Part shown: one piece after another, positions 22,209 through 32,000 of the stretch
How the letters are laid out: each line of letters begins with the position of its first letter
How positions within the stretch are numbered: the first letter of the stretch is position 1
Assembly (NCBI GenBank): GCA_965116885.1
Contig: OZ220741.1
Location: 2,144,001 to 2,208,000, forward strand
Length of the DNA: 64,000 nt
Direction: 5' to 3'
Source: Candidatus Latescibacterota bacterium
Lineage (GTDB): Bacteria > Latescibacterota > UBA2968
Translations under genes and position numbers: made by a program
The notes under the pieces: generated by a model
Told to the model about the DNA's origin: nothing
Seen by the model: only the letters and a program-made list of their open reading frames with translations
The model's database searches: none

Positions 22209-23798
22209 GTGAATAAAAAACAGGCCGATGTGCCCGATTTGCTCCAGATTGAAGGCGGGTTAAATTTAGGTACATCGCGGGAGGTGTCGCAACAAACCGG
22301 CGTTCCCGAAGCGCATGTCTATGGCGTGGGTAGCTTTTTTGATTTGTTGACGGATACGGATAAAAAAGTGCGGGTCTGCACGGGTTTGTCGTGTCGCATG
22401 GCGGGTGCAGATCAGGTGCTGCAGGCGATGGTAGATGCGGGTCTGCCTGCGATGGGGTGTTCGTGTCTGGCAGCTTGTGATCGTCCGCCTGCGGTGTTGC
22501 GAGACCGCGATGTGTTGCCCGCTGTATCGGTTGAGGATGTGGTGCGGTCAGATGGCGATTGGACAAGGCTTCTGCCAGAGATAGTGTCCAGTGACAACTT
22601 GGGGCATGTGGGACCAGAGGTGGATGATCCAGATACCATGGCGATCAATTTGTTGGGGCAGGCCGATTGGTCGGGTAAGGCGTTTGGAAAGGCCGCGAAG
22701 ATGCGTCCCGAAGAAATTATTGAAGAAATAGAGACGTCGGGGCTGCAAGGTCGCGGTGGTGCGGGTTTTTCTGCTTCTTTTAAGTGGAATGCCGTGTGTT
22801 CAGAAAAAGAGACCGTGCGTTATGTGGTCTTAAATGGCGATGAGAGCGAGCCTGGTACATTTAAGGACCGCGAAATTTTGATGCGTCGTCCCGATCGGGT
22901 CATTGAGGGGTTGGCGATTGCTGCTTATACAATCGGGGCGAGAGATGTTTATTTGTACTTGCGGGGCGAGTTTGCATTTCCAAAGGCTGTGATGGCAAAA
23001 GTTGTTGCGGAGTTTGAATCGCATAATATATTTCCCGATATCCGTTTTCACATGCACTCGGGGCAGGGTGCGTATATTTGCGGCGAGGAGACGGCACTTT
23101 TAGAGGCATTGGAGGGCAAGCGCGGGATGCCGCGTTTGCGACCGCCCTATCCCACAGAATACGGTTTGTGGGGAAAACCCACACTTATTCACAATGTGGA
23201 AACGATTGCGTGCGTGCCTTCGATTATTTTGAGAGGAGGCGATTGGTTTCGCAATCTGGGGCGCACAGAGGCGGGTTCAAAAGTGTATTGTATTAGCGGG
23301 CATGTCGGATGTCCCGGTGTTTATGAGTTGCCACTGGGCGTGACTCTGGATGAGTTGGTCGAAGAGGCGGGCGGATATATTGGTGCTCCAAAGGCGTTTA
23401 GTCCCGGGGGTGCGAGTTCGGGTTTTTTGCCGGCTAAATACAGAGATCAGCCATTGGATTTTAAGACAATGGATGGGTTGGGTTCGCTACTCGGCTCGGC
23501 CGGTGTTGTCGTGTTGAACGACACGGTGGATATGAAATGGTCGGTCAGTCAACAGTTGAGATTTTTTCACGATGAAAGCTGCGGGCAATGTGCCCCCTGT
23601 CGCATTGGTACGCGGTATTTACACGAGGCACTTGAAAATCGCATTTGCAATCGGGAACAGGACGATAAACCTCACTTGCAACACACAGAAGATGTGGCGT
23701 GGCAAATGGGTGAGGGTTCGATATGTGGTCTTGGGCAAATTGCTGCTCTCCCCCTGACGAGTGCCCAAAAATTTTTCCCCGAGGAATTTGATGAATGA
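22209..23798 (+). CDS. NAD-dependent formate dehydrogenase beta (diaphorase) subunit, NuoE-NuoF-like fusion
   Basis: CTGLSC...CLAAC 2Fe-2S motif, GRGGAGF, DESEPG, GAYICGEETAL, ESCGQCAPCRIG. Confidence 0.9.
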   Translation: MNKKQADVPDLLQIEGGLNLGTSREVSQQTGVPEAHVYGVGSFFDLLTDTDKKVRVCTGLSCRMAGADQVLQAMVDAGLPAMGCSCLAACDRPPAVLRDRDVLPAVSVEDVVRSDGDWTRLLPEIVSSDNLGHVGPEVDDPDTMAINLLGQADWSGKAFGKAAKMRPEEIIEEIETSGLQGRGGAGFSASFKWNAVCSEKETVRYVVLNGDESEPGTFKDREILMRRPDRVIEGLAIAAYTIGARDVYLYLRGEFAFPKAVMAKVVAEFESHNIFPDIRFHMHSGQGAYICGEETALLEALEGKRGMPRLRPPYPTEYGLWGKPTLIHNVETIACVPSIILRGGDWFRNLGRTEAGSKVYCISGHVGCPGVYELPLGVTLDELVEEAGGYIGAPKAFSPGGASSGFLPAKYRDQPLDFKTMDGLGSLLGSAGVVVLNDTVDMKWSVSQQLRFFHDESCGQCAPCRIGTRYLHEALENRICNREQDDKPHLQHTEDVAWQMGEGSICGLGQIAALPLTSAQKFFPEEFDE

Positions 23799-26601
23799 AC
23801 TGATATTGAACGGACAGACGGTATGCTTTGCTGAGGGCGAAACCCTGCTGGATATTGCATCCCGTCATGGGTTGGAAATACCGACCCTGTGTCACGATCC
23901 GCGCTTAGAGCCCGCGGGTGCGTGTCGCTCTTGTCTGGTGGAAGTTGCCGATGAGCGGTTGATGACACCGGCCTGTGCGCGTGTGGCGCAAGCTGGTATG
24001 GTGGTGATGACCGAGAATGAGCGCATTGATCGGCACCGCCGAACTCTGATGGCTTTGTATATGACCGATCATCCGCACGAGCGCGAGGTATCGGAAGTCG
24101 GTTCGCCGGATTTATTGCTGAATATGGCCGCTGAGTTCGATGCGCCGATGGATTGGGGGTGGATGGAGCCGATGCGGGGAGATCGAGAGGATCGCAATCC
24201 CTATGTGGATTTTAATCCCGAAACCTGTATTGCGTGTGCGCGATGCGTGCGCTATTGCGACGAAATAGAAGGTGTTTCGGCGATTACTCTTGCGGGTAGA
24301 GGGTCGCATACGACTATTTCTACAGTGGAAGAAAAATCACTGCTGGATACGACGTGCGAGTTGTGTGGTGGATGTATTGATGTGTGTCCAACCGGCGCGA
24401 TGAATGAAAAATTGCCCCTTACGCGCGGGCAAAAACCCGAGCGGGAATTGGTAAAGGTGCGGTCAACCTGCAACTTTTGTGGGGTGGGTTGTCAGTTCGA
24501 TCTCAATGTGGATTCAGAAGGACGAGATGGCAAGGGGCAGATTGTAAAGGTGACGAGTCCACCGCCGGGCACGACGACCAATGATGGCAATTTGTGTGTC
24601 AAGGGACGCTTTGCTTATGATTTTGTCCATCACAACGACCGGTTGACTGAGCCGCTTGTGCGGGGTGAGGATGGTGTCCTGCGTCCAACTACATGGGACG
24701 CTGCGCTCAAAAGCGCAGCGGAGGGTTTGTTGGGCGTTGCAGAGCGACACGGCGCAGATGCCCTGGGTTTTGTGAGTTCGTCGCGGTGTACGATGGAGGA
24801 AAATTTTCTCGTTCAGAAAATGGCGCGCGCACTGTTTCGGGCAAATCACGTCCATCAGTGCGCGGCCACGTGACACGCGCCAACTGTGGCCGGTCTGGTC
24901 GAAACATTTGGTGCGGGTGCTATGACAAATTCAATTGGCGAGATACGCGATGCCGATTTTCTGTTTGTGATTGGCAGCAATACGAGCGAGGCACATCCGA
25001 TTATCGCTATGGAGATGAAGCGTGCGGTTCGCAAAGGCGCGACTCTCGTTGTCGCCGATCCCCGGGCGATATGGATGACGTCTATTGCGGAAAAGCATTT
25101 GCAACTCAATCCCGGTACAGATGTGTGGTTGCTCAATGCCATGGCGCATGTGATTGTGGTAGAGGATTTGATCGATAGCGAGTTTATCGAGAATCAGACT
25201 GAACATTTTGAGCAGGTCAAAGAGGTCGTTGCGTCTTATACACCCGAAAAGGCGGAAGAGATAACGGGTATTTCAGCAGATGATATTCGCTGGACCGCGC
25301 GTCAGTACGCTACGACGGAAAAAGCGGGTATATACTATACGCTGGGCATTACGGAACACGCACACGGTACGGATAATGTGTATGCGCTTGCAAATCTGGT
25401 TTTGATGACGGGGCATCTGGGCAAGCCATCGATGGGGATGAATCCCCTGCGCGGACAGAACAATGTGCAGGGTGCAAATGATGCGGGTGCCACGCCGATG
25501 TTTTATCCGGGTTATCAGCGCGTGGATGATCCCGAGGTGCGGGCAAAGTACGAGAAGTCATGGGGTGTTCCGCTGTCCCCGGTGCCGGGTCTGAATCTCA
25601 ATGAGATGATGAAGACTGTGGGTGAACAGATGCGCGGCTTTTTTGTGATGGGTGAAGATATTGTGTTGTCCGAACCCAATGTTTTGGAGTTGGAGAAGGG
25701 GTTGAATAATGTCGATTTTATCGTGATGCAGGATGCGTTCCTGAATGAGACGGCGCGTTTTGCCGATGTGATTTTGCCCGCAGCCGTGTTTGCCGAGAAG
25801 GAGGGTACGTTTACCAATTCAGAGCGCCGTGTGCAGAGGGTTCGCAAGGCGGTTGAACCCCCTGGGGAAGCGCTTCCAGATTGGGAGATTCTGGTGATGC
25901 TGGCGAATAAGATGGGCGCGAATTGGTCGTATAAAGACCCGGCGGAAGTTTATGCCGAGATGGTTAAAGATGTTCCTCAATTTGCCGGTATTAGTCACGA
26001 AAAATTGGAAAAGATAGATGCAGGAGAAGAGCGCATAGCGGGATTACAGTGGCCGTGTCCCGATGCGGATCATCCGGGTACAAAATTTTTACACGAAGAT
26101 GGCATTTTGCGCGGTAAGGGGTTGTTTATGCCCGTGCATTATATCCCGCCAGCGGAATTGCCGGATGAAGATTACGGTCTTTTTCTTTCTACGGGACGCA
26201 CGCTGTATCACTACAATGCTGCAACACAGACGCGCCGGGAGTCCGGGCTTGATGCAAAACAGTCCGAGGCTTTTGTGGAGTTGCATCCGAGCGATGCGCG
26301 GAAGCGAGGTGTTCACCACGGGGATGTGGTGGAGGTGACGACGCGGCGCGGGCGTGTGCAGTTGCGGGCTATTTTGTCGCGGCAGGTGCGCCCGGGGTGT
26401 ATCTGGATGCCGTTGCATTTTGCCGAGGCACGCGCCAATGTGTTGACGAATGATGTGGGCGATGCTGTGACGGGGACAGCCGAGTACAAGGTGTGTGCGG
26501 CAGAGGTGCGGTTGGTTGAGTCGATGTCCGATAATGAAACGTTCTTTCCGGGGAGCTATTACTACGAGAAGGGGCCGGGGTTGCAGCGCGTGGGTGATTG
26601 A
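23791..26601 (+). CDS. fdhF: Formate dehydrogenase alpha subunit, selenocysteine-containing (936 aa; TGA 24871-24873 read as Sec361)
   Basis: ORFs 23761-24873 and 24886-26601 share a frame and join as QCAAT-U-HAPTVAGL; PLRGQNNVQG, EKEGTFTNSERR, TGR..YHY; N-terminal 2Fe-2S and 4Fe-4S motifs. Confidence 0.92.
24874..24919 (+). promoter_or_regulatory. Bacterial SECIS-like stem-loop
   Basis: gcgccaa/ttggtgc, tgt/aca and ggcc/ggtc stems with GGTCT apical loop starting 19 nt after the TGA. Confidence 0.78.
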
Positions 26602-26611
26602 GCCTGGACTT

Positions 26612-26644
26612 AAAAAAGCCGCGAGCATAACTCGCGGCTTTTTT
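26612..26644. terminator. Bidirectional intrinsic terminator
   Basis: aaaaaagccgcgag-cataa-ctcgcggctttttt. Confidence 0.9.
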
Positions 26645-28115
26645 AATAGGCTAACGTCTCTCGACCGAATCGCTCGGCAGCCTCAAGGGTCTCGCGCACA
26701 TCGTCCCAGGTTGTGGTGTGGTTGACGATGCACAGCCGGAGTGAAAACTTTCCATGCAGAAGCGTTGAGGATATGAAGGCTTTGTCTTCCCAAAAGATGC
26801 GGGCGAGTACCGTCTTGTTGATTTCTTCGAGTTCTTTCTCTTCAATAGCTGTGTCGGCGGGGTGGATTCGGAAGCATACGACTCCCAGAGACGCGGGGTT
26901 TAACATCTCCAGTATCTGGCTCTCCCTCACGTATTCTTCCGCCTGAGTGGCCAGTTCCATTCCCTTTGCGACGGCGCACCGGAATGCGTCCATCCCGAAG
27001 GTCTGGACGGACATCCAGATCTTAAGCGCGCGCACCGAGCGGCTCAGTTGCAGGCCGCGATCCGAGAAGTTCGGGTGGTTTGCGCCCCATATTGTGTCCT
27101 GGAGAATATCGTGATGAACACCGAAGGCGTTTTCAAGTGTGTTCAGGTCTTTGACCAGCAGGCAGCCGGCCTCATAAGGCTGGAAAAACCATTTGTGCGC
27201 GTCCAGGCCGATGGAATCTGCGCGTTCCATCCCGCGTAAGAGTTCCTTGCCTTGTTCGGTCACGACCGCGAAGCCGCCGTATGCAGCATCAACGTGTAGC
27301 CATATATCTTCTACTTCACAGTAGTCTGCCATGGCTTCGATAGGATCAATGGTTCCGGTACTGCTCGTTCCGGCATTGGCACACACCGCAATGGGATTGA
27401 ATCCCGCTGCGCGGTCGTCTGCTACAGCCTGTGCGAGTGCATCCATGTCCAGGCGGAAGAGATCGTCGCTCGGAGTCAGGCGTATGCATTCTGGGCGAAT
27501 GCCGATGATCCTGGCTGCGCGGATGTGCGCGCTATGGCTCTGGTCGCTCATGTACACTGTGGCGCGTTCGGGATGTCCCGCGGCTTCTCGGGCTGCGACG
27601 AGGGCATCGAGGCTGGCTGCGGAGCCTCCGCTCGTCAAAAGCCCACCCGCGCTTTCTGGGTAGCCGACCCATTGCCGCAACCAATCAATGACGACCAGTT
27701 CGAGTTGACTCGGACCGCTTCCGACCAGCCAGGTGCATGCGTTGACGTTGTATCCGGCGGCCATGAAATCGGCCAGCACGCCGGGCCATGTGGGTGCCGA
27801 TGGGATAAACGCGAAGCAACGCGGGTGGTCCAGTCGCATCGCAATTGGGAGGATCTCGCGTGCGGCCTGCTCAATGACTTCCTCTGGGGGCCGTCCAGCT
27901 TCGGGCGGGTCCTTCAAGAGTTGTTTCTCCAGTCCCTGTCTGAATTCTCCATCCCAGGCATTTTCTCCGGGCAAGGTCTCGGTTCGCGCCACCAAAAGCT
28001 CCGCGGCTTTGCGCGCGAGTTCAAGCATGAGTTCGGGTGCCATCTGGAGGCCGTTGCCCGTCTCGTCTGAAAGTTTCCGTTTTGTCTCTGATCTTCTTTT
28101 CATACCCCTTCTCAT
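26643..28115 (-). CDS. Group II PLP-dependent decarboxylase (aromatic L-amino acid decarboxylase-like); start codon uncertain
   Basis: HPRCFAFIP, TSGGS, SDQSHS, WLHVDAAYGG, LDAHKW (PLP Lys), LSR..RALK. Confidence 0.9.
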   Translation of the reverse strand: MRRGMKRRSETKRKLSDETGNGLQMAPELMLELARKAAELLVARTETLPGENAWDGEFRQGLEKQLLKDPPEAGRPPEEVIEQAAREILPIAMRLDHPRCFAFIPSAPTWPGVLADFMAAGYNVNACTWLVGSGPSQLELVVIDWLRQWVGYPESAGGLLTSGGSAASLDALVAAREAAGHPERATVYMSDQSHSAHIRAARIIGIRPECIRLTPSDDLFRLDMDALAQAVADDRAAGFNPIAVCANAGTSSTGTIDPIEAMADYCEVEDIWLHVDAAYGGFAVVTEQGKELLRGMERADSIGLDAHKWFFQPYEAGCLLVKDLNTLENAFGVHHDILQDTIWGANHPNFSDRGLQLSRSVRALKIWMSVQTFGMDAFRCAVAKGMELATQAEEYVRESQILEMLNPASLGVVCFRIHPADTAIEEKELEEINKTVLARIFWEDKAFISSTLLHGKFSLRLCIVNHTTTWDDVRETLEAAERFGRETLAY

Positions 28116-29041
28116 TCTTTCACTTGTGGATAAAAACCCGAGAGGAAGGTTAATTTCATGCCGGTTTGTGGGTCAGTAATTGGGGTGGCATAACTTATCT
28201 TGGGCGAGCCAATGGGATCTCCGAGCAAGTCGCCGTCCCCATTCTCATCTACCGCTGGATTATCGAAATAATACTCGACAAAACCACCACCTGCAGCGGC
28301 TGCAGCGATGAGTTCCTGGACGTATTTGACGCCATTGGGATCTTCAAAGTTAATCAGGTTTTGTCCCTCGAGAGCTGCATTGGCTGCGTGATACACTATG
28401 ACGCCATCGCTGTTTAAAACTGCGAGATAGATGGCTTCGTGTTTCCACCTGCCTCCCTCTTGTCTGAATTCTTCTGCGATGTCTTCGGAAAAGGGGAAGC
28501 TTTTCGCGTATTCTTTTGCGGCTTCTACAAATGCTTTCAGGGTTTTCTTATCTATCACATCCCTGGCCGTGATCTGTTTTGTTGGCTCTTCCAGGGAGTA
28601 TGACTCTTTCACCTGTGCTTTTCCACCGATGGGCAAATAGAGTACGACCTTATAGCCTGCGTTAATCGGTATGCTGGACCAGGTGCCGATCTCGATCCCG
28701 TCCTGTGAGGCACGCGCCTGGTAATAACCATTGCCCGATGAGATTTCTACCAGTGTCTGACCTTTTTCATCGGTTGTGCCCGACCACTCATAGGCTGGCG
28801 TCTGTCCGGCAATAGAGCGCGAAAACTCTACGGTTGCACCGCTTACTGGTGCGCCGTCACGATACAGATTGACCGTGACTACAGCCTGTGCTTTGTGGTG
28901 GGCTATTGCCAATTTGCTCAGGGGACGTCCGACCTGTTCCTCTGTTCCGACTTCTGACTGCGTCAAGCGCTCTCCGCCGCAGTTCCACATCAGTCCTGCA
29001 GCAAGAGCTATGATAGCTATACTGCGAATGTGGTTCAACAT
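28112..29041 (-). CDS. Putative lipoprotein: shared N-terminal beta cassette plus single Cache-like domain
   Basis: GLMWNC lipobox-like; LKAFVEAA, HAAN..LEGQNL...DPNG, GGGFVEYYFDNP, KISY; GGAGGA RBS. Confidence 0.75.
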   Translation of the reverse strand: MLNHIRSIAIIALAAGLMWNCGGERLTQSEVGTEEQVGRPLSKLAIAHHKAQAVVTVNLYRDGAPVSGATVEFSRSIAGQTPAYEWSGTTDEKGQTLVEISSGNGYYQARASQDGIEIGTWSSIPINAGYKVVLYLPIGGKAQVKESYSLEEPTKQITARDVIDKKTLKAFVEAAKEYAKSFPFSEDIAEEFRQEGGRWKHEAIYLAVLNSDGVIVYHAANAALEGQNLINFEDPNGVKYVQELIAAAAAGGGFVEYYFDNPAVDENGDGDLLGDPIGSPKISYATPITDPQTGMKLTFLSGFYPQVKE

Positions 29042-29059
29042 GGAATCCTCCAAAAAAAT

Positions 29060-30667
29060 TTACGGCGAGAACCGATAGACCACGGGCAATTGCGCGGGGT
29101 CTGTGATGGTCAAGTCTGTGTGGTGATAGATGTTGATGCGTCCGGTGCCGCAGTCTCCAAATTCGTCGCAGTTGAGCATGCCGATGAGAGCCTGAAAGCC
29201 TGACGTCGCGTGGAGTTGCCGGCGCAGTGCGGCGCGATCTACATACAATTTTCCACCAGCTTCGCCTGCAACAATCTCGATGGCGTTGAGCAGCAGCGTT
29301 GTGGCATCGTAAGAGTGCGCCCAGTAAGGCGTGATTGGAAATCCGCCATACGCGGCTTCGTACGCGGCGAGCGCTTCATCTACGCTCTTGCCGGTTGCAG
29401 CATTGACATTTGAGCCGAGATCCGCCTCCGGTCCTGCAGCGTAAACACCCTCTGATTGCGGTGTGGCGAGGAATTTCGAATCGAGGAGGGCTGCACCCGT
29501 GATGAGTGTCGCGTCTTTCAGGCTGTCGTGTTCCCGCGCCTGCTTGGCGAAAGGTATGCCTTCTATATCGAAGAGCGGGAAGAAGATGCCGTCTGGTGTG
29601 GCTGCTGCAAATTCCGTGAGGACGGATGCCATGTCCGTCTGCCCTTTCGCGATCGTGGCGGTGGCTACGACCTCGCCGCCGATGGCGCTAAACGCATTGC
29701 CAAATGCGATGGTGAGACCCAGGGTGTACGGGTCTCCATCATTGAGAGCGGCCATGCGTCGCAGGCCCAATTCATTGTATGCGAAGTCGGCGACTGCCCG
29801 CGCCTGATAGAGGTCGTTGACCGAAACGCGGAAATAGCCGGGGTGGTAGTCGGAACTCGCGTTGCCGGCGAGGTCGGACGTAAGTGCTGGCGAGGTGTTG
29901 GATGGCGAGATCATTACCAGACCCGCCTCGCTGATCACCGGTGAGGCCGCCACTGCCGCACCCGAGCAGTTCGTGCCGATGACGCCGACTACCTGCGGGT
30001 CGGCAATGATCTGCTCTGCGCCCATGTGTCCGCCATCTGGCCCACACCCGGTGTCCAGTGATTCGCCGAGTTCAACCGCGTGACCGTGGATTAGGCCGAA
30101 GTCTTGTACGGCCAATTCAATGGCGTTCCGCGACGGCCCACCAAGCGATGTCGCGATTGTATGCGCGAGCAACGAACGGATTTGCACGGCTTCGCCTTCG
30201 TCAATCGTGACTAAAGAGCGCATGGACGAACCGGTCACCTGTGCTTGTCCACCGATGGGCAAATTGAGCATGACTTCGTAGCCTGTATTAAGTGGAATGC
30301 TGGACCAGGAACCGATCTCGACCCCGTCCTGTGAGGCACGCGCCTGGTAATAACCATTACCCGACGAGATTTCCACCCAGGCCTGACCATTATCAGCGGT
30401 CATATCCGACCACTGATAGTTGGGGGCCTGTCCAGCAATGGAGCGCGAAAATTCTACAGTTGCACCGCTTATTGGTGCGGCATCCTGGTGTACAGTGACC
30501 CCTACCACAGCCTGTGCTGCATCCTCGTGCGCCACCATTTTGCTCAGGGGACGGCCAATCTGTTCCTCTGCCCCGGTCTCTGATTGCGTGACGCGCTCAC
30601 CGCCGCAGTTCCACATCAGTCCTGCGGCAAGAGCTATGACAATAATACTGCGAATGTGCTTCAACAT
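29060..30667 (-). CDS. Putative lipoprotein: shared N-terminal beta cassette plus branched-chain amino acid-binding (LivJ/LivK-like) domain
   Basis: VVGVIGTNCSG, MISPSNTSPALT, YFRVS.ND, YDAT; AGGAGGA RBS. Confidence 0.82.
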   Translation of the reverse strand: MLKHIRSIIVIALAAGLMWNCGGERVTQSETGAEEQIGRPLSKMVAHEDAAQAVVGVTVHQDAAPISGATVEFSRSIAGQAPNYQWSDMTADNGQAWVEISSGNGYYQARASQDGVEIGSWSSIPLNTGYEVMLNLPIGGQAQVTGSSMRSLVTIDEGEAVQIRSLLAHTIATSLGGPSRNAIELAVQDFGLIHGHAVELGESLDTGCGPDGGHMGAEQIIADPQVVGVIGTNCSGAAVAASPVISEAGLVMISPSNTSPALTSDLAGNASSDYHPGYFRVSVNDLYQARAVADFAYNELGLRRMAALNDGDPYTLGLTIAFGNAFSAIGGEVVATATIAKGQTDMASVLTEFAAATPDGIFFPLFDIEGIPFAKQAREHDSLKDATLITGAALLDSKFLATPQSEGVYAAGPEADLGSNVNAATGKSVDEALAAYEAAYGGFPITPYWAHSYDATTLLLNAIEIVAGEAGGKLYVDRAALRRQLHATSGFQALIGMLNCDEFGDCGTGRINIYHHTDLTITDPAQLPVVYRFSP

Positions 30668-30706
30668 AGAATCCTCCTGAAGAGTGTTGTAAGAAAATGC
30701 TGTCGA

Positions 30707-31729
30707 TCAAGCAGGTGTCAGGGCTTCTCTGGCAGCTTGAGCTTGAGGTGAGTTGGGATCGCGTCGTATGGCGCGATTCATAGCAAGATGTGCGCGTTCA
30801 TCTCCGGTTTTAGCCAGTTCGAGGGCTTCTGCAAAACCTTTCTCCGAATAGCTGAGGTCGCGGGGTATGATGCGATTATCCTGGTTTTCCCAATAGTATT
30901 TGAGGTCGTCGTTTTCCCAGTCTTTGTACACGTCTTCCCAGGTGAGATTGTTGAAGATGTTTAGATGGGGTTCGAGCATGTGCTCAGACAGGGTGTCGCC
31001 GAGTTTTTGATAGCGGTTGTCGAGGGAGACGCGAAGGCGGTCTTCGGTGAGGTTTGGTAGAGCCTGGTGTACCGTGAGTGCGGGGAAGATGAGGGTATCG
31101 CCGATTTCGTAGTTGGTGCTGTGCCATTGGCCTTCCAATTCGTCGGTGTGGATGCACAGGCCGCCCGCGCCCAGGGAGAAGTGGTGGTTCATCACGGCGT
31201 TGATTTTGTGAGAGCCGGGCAGTACGGCGAGGCCACCCAGTTCAATGGGGCAGTCGCCAACAGGTGCCCAGCAGGTGTAGGTGTCGAAGTTGCCCTGAAA
31301 GTGTACAAAGTCCTGGTGTATCGGTGTGGTGTGCGCCGTGTATTTCGGAAACCACAGGCGAGCGACTTTGTGCGGATGCGGGAAGACAGGGCCATCCATT
31401 ACTTTTTTGAGCAGGTCGAGAACTTCTGGTTCATGGGCAATGCGGTGAAAGGCTTCGAGTTTGTACACTTCGTGATATACGTCGGTGTATTCGGTGTCGC
31501 CTTCGGTACACTGTTTGGATATATCGGCAATGCCATCTATGGGGTCGGTTCCCTCGACGAGCCAGGGGGTCATTTTGTTGAGCATTTGTCGCCGCAAATC
31601 CCAGAGTTTGTCCGGGTTCTGCAATTTGCGAAAGAAGAGGTACCCTTCTTCATTGATGCGCCGCCGCAACTCTTCCGAATCGTCGATCGCGTCGTTGGAT
31701 ACGCGCAATTCTGCAATCTGGTCCGTCAT
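30707..31729 (-). CDS. Phytanoyl-CoA dioxygenase (PhyH) family Fe/2OG enzyme
   Basis: EEGYL, HQD, WAPVGD, LAVLPGSH, TVH, RVSLDNR. Confidence 0.88.
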   Translation of the reverse strand: MTDQIAELRVSNDAIDDSEELRRRINEEGYLFFRKLQNPDKLWDLRRQMLNKMTPWLVEGTDPIDGIADISKQCTEGDTEYTDVYHEVYKLEAFHRIAHEPEVLDLLKKVMDGPVFPHPHKVARLWFPKYTAHTTPIHQDFVHFQGNFDTYTCWAPVGDCPIELGGLAVLPGSHKINAVMNHHFSLGAGGLCIHTDELEGQWHSTNYEIGDTLIFPALTVHQALPNLTEDRLRVSLDNRYQKLGDTLSEHMLEPHLNIFNNLTWEDVYKDWENDDLKYYWENQDNRIIPRDLSYSEKGFAEALELAKTGDERAHLAMNRAIRRDPNSPQAQAAREALTPA

Positions 31730-31948
31730 GGCCTGCTCCTGGGTTAATGAGGAGATTGGGGCGATTTCTCTTCGGGGGAATTGGTCTGCAATGTATAATT
31801 ATAGGCTTTATATATTAGAATGCAACCCAAATTAGCAAAAGACGTTTTAATTTTCATAACTCGCCGACCTCTGAAAGGGCATCGCAAACTTTGTTTGCCA
31901 AATTTGTGCAAATCTTCGATACTTAGGGGCTATTCGTTTCGCATTACA

Positions 31949-31973
31949 GGCGGGTTGGGAAACCCGCCCCTAC
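31949..31973 (-). repeat. GTAG-family REP palindrome
   Basis: Minus strand GTAGGGGCGGGTTtcccAACCCGCC. Confidence 0.8.
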
Positions 31974-32000
31974 GTCTAATCACTGACAACTGAATCTGCC

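Noticed and set aside
24871..24885. FDH as a pseudogene or as two separate genes
   Set aside because: The stop is TGA exactly at the metal-ligand codon, the frame is preserved, a SECIS-like hairpin follows, and GTG 24886 has no RBS
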